Below are positions 1 through 10,539 of a DNA stretch of 64,000 bases, piece by piece; position 1 is the first letter of the stretch; each line of letters begins with the position of its first letter. The stretch comes from Balanoglossus misakiensis (taxonomy: Eukaryota > Animalia > Hemichordata), in NCBI GenBank assembly GCA_040954595.2, contig CM082596.2:3775025-3839024 (forward strand), in the 5' to 3' direction. A program made the position numbers and the translations under genes. The notes under the pieces are model-generated. The model saw only the letters and a list, made by a program, of their open reading frames with translations, was not told the DNA's origin and did no database searches.

Positions 1-130
1 CTATCATTAACATCAATGCAACACTAATCATTACTCTCATATTATCTGTCTAATAACTGATGACAGTGGTAGATATTTGTTTGTATATGTACAGTACACT
101 TTATGGTGATTCTTTAACAGCCATAGCGCG

Positions 131-200
<70 letters not shown>
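131..200. repeat. (TGA)n/(ATC)n trinucleotide microsatellite, intronic to SESTD1
   Basis: Perfect run of tga units. It explains the spurious poly-His and poly-Ile ORFs. Confidence 0.98.
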
Positions 201-202
<2 letters not shown>

Positions 203-1968
203 CGAACATACTGAATATTGAATTTTTGCATGTACAGCTACAAAGTAAGGAGGTAAAGTGAGCCTTTATTGAAATCTTATCACCACTGGCATCTGAATTT
301 AAAATACAATAATTACACGCCTGATTAAATAACACAAATTTAGTTTCAAGTTATGTATATTTGTACACCATGTGTAAACTTTCCTTGTACTTTCAGACAA
401 CTAAAACCTGTCAGAGAGAAACTCCAGACACTTTACTGAAGCAGTATAACTGTCTGTATCTTAGACAAGTGAGATTTTATGTGCAGGAAGTTCTGAGTGC
501 TTTGACCTGTGCAAGGTGACCCACAGTGACCTTAGAAGGGTCTGCTTTAATTCTCTTTTGCGTTGTACAGAGTTGTAAGTTAATACACTGTGGAGTGGCA
601 GAAGTACACTGCAATCTCGAAACTATGATAGCCCCCAAAAATAAGTCTGGGTTTTCTAAACCCTTCCATGATGTTAACTCAAATCTACAGATTGAAAGAA
701 ATAACCCAAGATGCACCAGTCCTTCCACTATCTCTTGCCACTTTCAGTTATCCAATTTATTATTACAAAAATACGCAATCAAATTAATATATTTATACTT
801 GTATTGTCAGAGATGTTTTATTTAGTTTATATTCATTCATTCATTTGGTTTCAATGTTTATTTCATGGTATTTGTTTATTTGTATGCGTACACGCTTTTT
901 ACGGTGAAACTTAGAAGCCAGTTTTGTAGCCAAATTTGTTCAATAAAATCATCTCACTTGGAAAGAAATTCTAAATTACTGTTGACCCTAAAATTTACAG
1001 AAAAGGTTAAACGGCGTTATAGGTACGTGTTATGTCTGCAAGCAATCAAGCAAGCCATGATATTGTGTAGCATTACATAATACTGTTCCAATCATAAACA
1101 CTGGGAATCCATTCATGAATGAATGCCCCCTCCCTTTTCTTGTTTTTTTCTTTCTTCCTTAAACAATCACCAATCATTCCACAGTTTGTCAGTGGGACAA
1201 TGCATGTGAACAAACACAACAGTGATCTTCAAAATTAAATTGCTCCAAACACTATGGTTTATGTCCAGTATCTGTTGGTGTCTATGCTGTTAGGTACAAC
1301 TGAACAAAGGCCTTGAATATCAGAAATGCTGCAACTTGCCGTCCGAAAAAGTTAAGCCCCAAAAGAACTTACAATCAAGCAGTGTGACGTACTACTGTTC
1401 AACTGGTAAACACACAATCATGGGTACAGAGGATACTGTACATTCAAATCACAGTTTACCCATAGGGTTATCCTGGAAATTAAATTCACAACATGCTCTT
1501 TCTTTTGTTTTTCCTTCAAAGGGAAATGAATTTCTTGTTCACAAAGATGAACAATTAGCACTATGGACTGATTACTTTCATAAGTACGAAGCAAAGTATT
1601 GCCCCTGAAGTAAACACAAAAAGTTATCCTTTTAAAAACTTTTAGGTATTTAGATTAGAGCTTTGCAAAGGTTGTAAACTTTAATTTCATGTGATTTGGT
1701 TTGCACTTAATGGATTCACCTGGAATTTCTCAGGTCAGTAATTTCTAACTAACCCAAGCAGTAAACGCACCATGTACTGTCTGACAGACAAGCAGCAATT
1801 TGTCTAGGGATGGTTTTTTAAACCTCTGACCCTTGTTCGATTGTCCCCTGCCATTTGTTCTGCGTGTCATTGAACAAGCTATGTTGCAACAGAGCTATTT
1901 CACATTCCATAGTCTCTACTCTGGATTTTTATATTGGTAAAAAAAAATCTGCGCAGCTAAAACTGAAA

Positions 1969-2050
1969 TGACCAATGAGAGCAGCCCTCATTTGGATAGC
2001 TAACCAAACTGACCAATGAGAGCTGCCCTCATTACCAAGATGACCAATGG
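1969..2050. repeat. Short tandem repeat of a CCAAT-containing unit (TGACCAATGAGAGC.GCCCTCATT)
   Basis: Two near-identical copies plus a third partial TGACCAATG, immediately next to the SESTD1 exon-2 donor. Confidence 0.75.
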
Positions 2051-2063
2051 AAGATAATCTTAC

Positions 2064-5000
2064 CTGGGTATCTTGGCTAAGTAGGCAATACATGTAGCAA
2101 AGTCTTGAATGGAAAGGTCGATGGGGTCAGCTAGGTTGGGAATGGATATAACGGGTCCTCCATTGCGGTCTTTACCACCTGAAAGCAGAAAAAAAGTAAA
2201 TCAATACATACATACTGACATATTGTCATAACAGTCCCACATGACAATGTAAATGCTAATGACAGACTCAATAAAGCCTGCTGAAGTTTGTTCCGGACAT
2301 TCAGGCTTTGGGTTTTAATAACATCAAACTGCTGCAACAGCATACAGGCTAAATTCTATCACATCTCATTAGCGGTTTCACAGTCTCTCATGGGTTACAT
2401 TCCATCCACAGGGACCAACTCTTTTCATAACACAGATTGTGATGCAAGTTAATCTGGAAAAATTCCAGATTTATTTGCAAACACATCATGGTTGTTGATA
2501 ACAGTCAAAACTGGATATAACAAACAATACCCTGCAGAGTTGACACAGGTGCTGATAAAAAAAAGCCCCTGACAGTTTCAAAAATGTTAACGATAAGAAA
2601 CAGTTAAGTTATTCTGGTAGCTTACGTCAATCTCCACACAAAACCACACATTACATCTTTAAAAGTGTAATTCTATCATAGCATGGTGAATGTTAAATTT
2701 TATTCATCACTTCCTTTACCGCTTAAACATCCAGAAAAGTTGATCGACTATTGAACCAGGTTGACCCAATCTTTATCCGAATCACACTATTTTGTCATTT
2801 AAAAGTCAGCATTCCACATTGCCAATAGCTGCTGATGGAATAAAACTCAAATCTTCTCATAACACCCACACTTCAGACACACATAGACAGCTGGTCTCTT
2901 GGGACATGGCATGAACATGTAAGTCTGGAGTCCGCAACCCTACAAAGTTTTAGATATCCATAATCTTGATGCGTTGACGGACAGAGATCAGTTTACCGAG
3001 GTGTCGTGCAGGGACGGTATTTCAACATTCTTTTGGTGAGTTGTATGCGGTAACAAGAAATGTGTGTCTCACACAGCCAAATATTGGTATAAACTTGCGA
3101 AAAGATGGTCCCTGTTTTTTTGAGGGCATGTTAATTTATCTGTTATAAAGTATAAGTTTCCTAAATTGTTGCATCAATGGTGCATCTCAGCTCAGAACTA
3201 ACAAAGTACTACACAACATGCCTTTGCAAACTATTGTTCAACACTAATCTTTTGACTAGGCCAATATAAGCCTACGCACATTAATAGGTCACCAGGTCAA
3301 CCCAAGTGACTGCTATTAAAAGCCATATGTCAATAGCTTCTGCCTGTCATGACCAGTCCTGTGTTTTTCTTGCATATGCATTCAACCATGATGACATGGT
3401 TAAATAACTGTGCAACTGAGAACTACCAACCACTTCAACCCATGAAATTTGTTGTCAAAAATATAAGCAGTTCCACTATACCAGTAGATTTTGGTTTTCT
3501 GATATTAGTATTACAGAAATTAACTTCATATCAGAAACAAACATATATCTACTGAAAGGTATTACATGCATGTCACTATGTGTATATTTCTCTTTTCATG
3601 TAACATGTAACAATATCAATTTTGCTCTTGTCAGTGGTTTTATACACGACAACAAACACCAAATCGCCTGTCAAAATTTCTACCTACATATCTAAGCACT
3701 TGACATCATTTCCCCCCACACTTCCCATCGACACACACATGTACAAGTTCGCAAACAGGCTTCAAGTGGCTGCTATGTACACAGCGTATACCACAACACC
3801 ACTGAGTTCATGTTTATTATTTAACATGGTGTTTATACATGCGGTGACTGAAAATTTACTTGTGAACTCAGTGAGTGGACATTACCAGCACCTTGTTATA
3901 TTAACAACCCTGCGTGGGACTCCTGTCCATATTGTGCCCTGGTCAAACAACAGGGTTTGGAAATATCATGCTGGTACCTGGAGCTTTTTCTCCAGGGGAA
4001 AAATTGAACAGACCAAAAACAACAACTTTAAACAAAATTGTACATAAAAACACAACTGTATGACCTTTCACCCCAGTTATGAGAACAAAATCCCTACTGT
4101 GATGGCTATCAGCAGCCTGTGATTACAATTTAATGGGGCTCTGAACTGCAAGGATATTAACTCAGCAGGAACTCCTGTCAAAGTTTGTACAGAAAGCTTC
4201 CATAATTACTTGCTTCATTTAACCCTACAAACCATGCCCTTCTTTCGTCTATAAAATTCGGAGTAAACATTCCATCAGTTCTGGTCAAACGGCAAAATAT
4301 AAATTTCACAATTAAAATGGGTTTACACATAAACTCCTCTGAGTCCGGTCGTTATGCCTGGTCTACATGTATCCATTGAAGAAACTGATTTTAATAGTTA
4401 ATATTAGATTGCAATACTTTTAGTTTGACTTCACCAACGATTGGACACATAAAGTTTTAAAGTAATTTTGAAACTTTGAAACTGAATATGTTTTTATGTC
4501 CCTTCACATGTTAAATGATATCAGAGGTATCTATAACAGCTTGGCTTATTTTGAAACCAAAGACTAAACTAAACCAAGTCGAACCAGAGAAAATAACCAA
4601 AGCCTGATTATCAAAATCTCCAAATGAAAAAGTTTGCCTCCGACGACTGGTGTATTTGGAGTGAGTCGCCTTGAAATGGAATAAAACTCTCGCCTTGTTT
4701 GGTCAAGTTGATACACAAGGATCAACAATATAATATCCAAGGTTGGTGTCACTGCAATAACCTCAGCTGTCACAGAAAACTAAAACACAGACAGTGGGTT
4801 TTGCTGTTATGTTTGTAGTGAAGTTCTGAAACTCAATATTATGTCTGAATTCAACAATTTGGATTTAGGGAAGTCTCCGCACGATATAAACAAACGTAAA
4901 ACTTCCCCAGACCTCCGAAAATATCTGGCTAAATGTGAGAAACATTAGATAAACACCAAACAAGTGCGAGCTGAACGCTCACTTGCGTGGTTTTTATCTG

Positions 5001-5256
5001 AATTCATAAAAACTGATCAGGGATTCGGAAACACCCAAGTGACACACCAAAATTGATCCCTTGGGAAGCAATCTGACCGAAAATGTGTGAACAGTGTGAA
5101 AATGTCACAGGAAATGTGTACACACAGTTTAAACATGTCACAGAGCCACCGCAAGAGATTTCAGCACTCTCACACGTAAACTCAGAATTTATAGGACTTA
5201 CCTGATAGATAGGCAACCCTTGAACGAAGTACGTCCACTATCTGGGAAGCTTCCAT
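2064..5256 (-). CDS. SESTD1: SEC14 and spectrin domain-containing protein 1, first two coding exons; the gene continues beyond the window start
   Basis: Exon 5256-5202 encodes MEASQIVDVLRSRVAYLS (phase-1 GTAAGT donor). Exon 2178-2064 encodes GGKDRNGGPVISIPNLADPIDLSIQDFATCIAYLAKIP. This matches the SESTD1/Trio/Kalirin SEC14 N-terminus (MEAS...LAFLSGGKDR..G.I..IP); the MEAS start favours SESTD1. Confidence 0.85.
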
Positions 5257-6251
5257 GGCCTTAGCTGCAAAACATGACGGTAAAACAAAATCGTTGGGAT
5301 ACGGTTTTTAAAAAAAACTTGTGGGTTACTTAGGTCAGAACGTAGGATCGAGTTGGTATCAAAATAAAAAAGTCTTCTACAGCAGCGAGCAGTGGGTTAA
5401 AGCAACACCGCAACCGTGAGATTCCATCACCACTACTGAAACTCTACAAGACGGGCTGCAATACTAGACACAGCGGGATCACTTTCAAAGAAATATTGCG
5501 TGAATGCAGCTGACGTAGGCAGACCGCTGTACGTCTCACTGGAAGGGGTTGACCGTCCTCGCGACCACAAGGCAAGAATGGTTTCGCAGTGATATGTGGT
5601 CAACTTCAATTTTGGTGTTAGCTTTGACTGATAACACTATTAGAATATTGACAAACAGGTTAATCATCTAATGAATTGTCAATTAAGTTGCCAGGTTGTC
5701 TCTGATATCCTAAAGAATGTACTTGAACTTGATTATATACTACAGTGTGTATTTATTACTGGCTGGATAAATATGTTGTCATGTCTTAATGTTAGTGTCT
5801 AGACCAGAACTCAGGTTGGGATTACGAAAGCCATAAGGAAGACAGTCAGAATTTTAATTAAAATTATACCACAACTTTTTTACAACACAAAATTGTCAAT
5901 TTTGACTTCCTTAGCTTTTTCGTTTGGTGTTACCATATATGAAAATATTAATTTAATCAATTATTTAGAATCATTTCATATGATACTCTGTGCTAACAAA
6001 TTCAATTGTTATTATTACTCATTATATCTATTACACAAGTGACCACCCCTACACTCAAATGGTTGAAACCAGAAATTCCTACAGATCTTGACCCCTCCCA
6101 TCTACAACCACTGAATGTATCTGCCATCCCTCTGACACTAATAGTTGTATCTGATGTTCTTTCACTAACAAACCATACAAATTTTTATCAATACGGAAAT
6201 GCAGAGTGTACCAGCATAAAACTGGCATACAAGAACTTTCCATATACTTAC

Positions 6252-6390
6252 GTTTTTCCCACAGCAATGTCCTGCTGGCTGGCAAGGACCACTCTGACTC
6301 TGTTACATACTCCATCACACCTGACAAATTGCCAAGGCTTATCCTCGGATCATAACTCCACTCCCTTCGATCTCTGTCTCCAGACGCCAT
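6252..6390 (-). CDS. Candidate alternative upstream first coding exon of SESTD1
   Basis: ATG at 6390, 46 open codons plus 1 nt, then a perfect GTAAGT donor. Phase 1 joins in frame to the SESTD1 acceptor at 2178. Confidence 0.45.
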
Positions 6391-7564
6391 ATCTATCGGA
6401 AGAATAGTGATATTAGGAGAACATCAAAATCAACTATTTTATGAATAAAGAATACTTGTATTCATACAACTGAAATATACAGGCCAATACAGCAGTGAAG
6501 CCACTCTTTACAAACTATGCTACAAAAGGCAATTAAAGAACAGTAATTCACAACTGCTCCCTGTCTTTGTGAATGCTTTCTTGTGTTTTCTTTATTTCAC
6601 TTTTGTTGTTTTTGAACATGACAACTGGGTTACAATCTGAATGACAGTAAAAGTATGCAAACGACACACAGTAAATAGTTCAAGAAGTAGCCAGGTTTAA
6701 GTGACACCGGTCAATGGCCGAGTTTATTGAGAACGACAGTAATAGTGTGTGAAAGAAACAACGTGAGTAAACAATTCCAGTAGTCGGGTCCAAGTGTCAT
6801 CAGTCAATAGTGTGGAATCATATAACATGAACAGCGTCCTTCTATATGCATAACAATGCTATTCACAGGCACTGAAGCATGCTAGACGCTGCAGCTATAA
6901 CTTTTTTTTTGTAGAATAACCTTGGACCATATATAATGTCACTTTCGATGTTATACTACTCGGAGAGTTACACACTAAAAGTTTTACAAAAGGAAGCAAA
7001 GATGCATATTAATAGTACAAATGTACTTTGATCTAAGCACTTAATAAAATATTAATTTTATTATTTTCCTTATCAAATTCCAGCAAAGCTATACACACTT
7101 TTTGCACTGATTAAAACCACTATTATAGTCTGCGCTTTTATTGACAACTTGGTATCAGAAAGACCATGTGCTCTATAGTTTGACCCGATGAACTTTTTGA
7201 TATCAGACACATTAACAATCAAAACAAAGTTTTGTATTGTGGTTTCCGCATTCTAGAGGGGCTTGCAAATAAGCACGACTGTACAAGTTTTAGTGTGCTA
7301 CCCGGAATGCATATTCTTTCGAGAGTATGCGAGAGCGACAAAAAAATCATCGGTTCCCGTCTTGGAGCGCGGTCATGTGTCCACACCCCTTTTAGCCGGC
7401 AACACATGACGAAATTTAGTGCATTGTATGCGCACTCACAGCGTAACTCATCCCGAAAAGAATTTCAATGAAACAAAAAGAAAGTAATCCTAGTATTTTA
7501 ATGTCTTTCACGATTTTGCATTCTTTCAGTTTGTGCACGACGGACGCGACTTTTTCAAATTGCA

Positions 7565-7948
7565 CAACACGTTTTCACCCAACCAACGCAGGCGTTACGT
7601 TGCGAGGTGTAAGCTGTAAGCTCTTGTTTATTTCAGCGCGCCTTCTCCAAGGCGGACTGCGCGTACGCGTCCCCATAGGTTCATTTCACGGCTGCGTTAG
7701 TATTAAGATATTTTGACACTGAATATAACGGTGCTTATTTCGTTCATTTTCACCTTGTAAATTTCCCAACACGTTTTCACCCGACGCGGTTGTCGCAATG
7801 TGCAAGCAGTTTGCACTTGTTTATTTCAGCGTATCAGCCGCAAGGTGAGCTGCGCGTACGTTCCCTCCTATTGGATATCACTGTTGTGTTGGTATTCGGA
7901 ATTTCTGTCACTTGAATATAACGGTGCACAAGTAATTTTCACCTTGTA
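7565..7948. repeat. Diverged tandem duplication of a ~190-bp unit (7565-7759 and 7767-7948)
   Basis: Both copies share, in the same order, CAACACGTTTTCACCC, CTTGTTTATTTCAGCG, CTGCGCGTACG, TGAATATAACGGTGC and ATTTTCACCTTGTA. Confidence 0.85.
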
Positions 7949-9236
7949 CTCTAGAATAAAAGTGTTAATTTATCATTGCCTTTACAATGACGCAAGCGTC
8001 TTGAGTCATCCCAGAAATCACCTGCAGATCTACCTCCACTGGCGAAAGGAATGCCAACTCGCCTCCAGACACCTGTGGCAGCGAGGTGACGTTCCCCAAG
8101 CTTTTAACTCACCTAATTAAATGCAGTTTTCCACAAACTTTTAACGGAAGACCAACATTCTTCATTGGAAAGCGACTGGTCGGGAGTGACAGCTTTTTTT
8201 AAGACAGGTTAGGAATTAAATAGTAGCCAGTTTCATGGCTGGGGAATTAAACTAAGAAGTTGTGCTGAAGATGGCAGGAATGGTTCTGTGACCTCTACGC
8301 CCCCTCCACCCTCCTCACCATGACATAAATTTCAAAGATCGATATTCTTACAACCCCCGATAATCATTTATAGACTTTATCACATTATAATTATTGATTG
8401 ACTATTTTGTCTCGGTCAGAAATACCCCAATTGTTCCATAATATCCGACAAAAGTTTTTCAAATACTGTAAAATGCTGGGAGTGAGTTTAGTAAATAAAA
8501 CGGCAAAAGTTTATTTGCATAACAAAAGTACTCTATGGGGGATTTTCATTCATGTCCATCCAAGCCTTGAACAGGGCCTTTGTTTGTTCGGCCGGCTGGG
8601 CGAAAGGAGGTCAGAAAACTTGGACTGACGAGGATCCCTGGATAGCGCCCGCCACCGGATAGTGATCAGAGAAATGATCCCAGTTGCAATGGCAAGACTG
8701 GGAATTCTCTCATTCCGATCCACCACTATGAAACTGTCAAAAGTTCAATGAATCGTAGTAGATGGAAGTATTTTCACTAATACCTCGCATGTAACAAACA
8801 GAAACTAACACAAGGGTTGTTGTTTTTTCCAATCCAAAACCATGAAAATGGCAAGAGTTTTTTTTTAGATGATCAGTATTATGAGTTAGTTATGTATTAT
8901 GCAGCAGCTTCGTCCAGTGTCTGTTGAAGTTTGCAACTTTGAGTTTTGTAAATATAAGTATACATGTATACCTGTGCGCAATTTCGAAAGTGCTCCTCTC
9001 TAGCCATAAAAGGCTCTAGCGGGCGCACTTTCGTTCGCTGCAGCAGACGACCACGCCACGCTAAGAATTTTGAGAATATGTACTTAAATTCAATATCTGC
9101 GAAATTTCCTGAAAGATGAGAACGTGGCGTATACCATCAGACTTATTTTTGGTTTATAAATAAAGGTGTGAAATCGGACGAACGGGGACTAACGCATAAA
9201 ACGGAAACTTCAATACATGTACTGTCTCTCAAATCT

Positions 9237-9246
9237 GGGGATTCCC
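9237..9246 (+). promoter_or_regulatory. NF-kB-type site GGGGATTCCC upstream of the LRR-caspase
   Basis: Exact match to the GGGRNWYYCC consensus, about 1.3 kb upstream of the ATG. Function is not shown. Confidence 0.4.
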
Positions 9247-10320
9247 TTTTTATATAGGCTACCTAGTTTGCCGTTAGAAAAATTGTGAAATGATGCTTAC
9301 CACGTGTACCATGCACAATGGACATTACCTCTGATTCATAAGAATCCTCAATAAACTTAAATTGTCTAAGCATACATCTTCCTTCAAAATGTCTAGAACA
9401 TACCTGACTATAGACGACTAACTTTCTTAACTTCGGGGCCGCGCACATCTTTTTGCTACATCTTCCATATCATTAGACCTCCACCACACTACAGTATGTC
9501 ACATAAAAATGTGACGCGCATCCACTACATTATCCAGGGATATTAAACAAATTTCCTCGGTTCCTCGGTTCTTTTGTCCAGGAGCGTTGTACCGTCACAC
9601 ACAAAACGGACAATTCTACTCGTTCCTCGGTGTCTTACGGGTGATAAATAACATGTACAAGAACTGCAAACTTTTCCACAGCAGACGACATGATGCTTGA
9701 AATGTTTGCTCCAAAGAAATGCAAATGAGGCTTTGTGAGCGCCCTCTAGCAAAAAAAACGAAAGAAACCCTATTCTCCTCAAAATATCCTGTTTTAAGAT
9801 TTGTTTTAGTGATGTTGGAAACGGAAATTACCAGTTTTACTGTTAAAGTGGCACTAATTATTGGGGAAACGTGAATTTAGGGCTACAGCATAAATGAATA
9901 ATGCTATTGGACGAACAGCAGTCGTGTTGCACAGATTGCTCTACAGGTGTCATGCATGTTTTTCAGTCATCCCGATTCCCGAGTACTGCATCCTTTGCTA
10001 AGAATTTGGTGTATAAAGTAGATTGCCCTAAACTAGCAGTATTACCGTACTCCAGAGATTTGACCCCCAAGCCTCGTATATCATTGAATTCACCTGACCC
10101 CTAGCACATTCCACCGTTACCACAAGACAGCCATTTTGCAGGTTACAGCTAATCAGTTAGCCTTGGTACCAGGCTGTACAACCGGCAAGTATCGAACGTT
10201 TATAGTCAAGACCCAGAACACCTTAAGTTTAACGCCGTGTCTTTTATTAAACCATAAAACAAGATATTTTGTTTTGATTAGTGGAAATGTAATCTATTTT
10301 AACAAAAATATTCGAAACCC

Positions 10321-10332
10321 GGAAACGAAACC
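10321..10332 (+). promoter_or_regulatory. ISRE/IRF-type site GGAAACGAAACC
   Basis: GAAA-N-GAAAC tandem, preceded by another GAAAC, about 210 bp upstream of the LRR-caspase ATG. Confidence 0.5.
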
Positions 10333-10539
10333 AGATAAAATATAATGGAAGGTGTGGCGGTATACTATGCATGTGTTGACTAAAAGCAGGGGCGAGTAGG
10401 TTCCGCAATGTGCTGTAATTTTGACCAATAAACCACAAAGTAATTTATATGAGCAATCCACTGCTATCCGTCTGTGGGGAAGCAGTCTTTTACAACTTTA
10501 TCCTTATTTCATTTTTGCCGTTCGTTCGTCAGGATAACC

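Noticed and set aside
37-335. Poly-His and poly-Ile ORFs
   Set aside because: Translation artefacts of the (TGA)n microsatellite.
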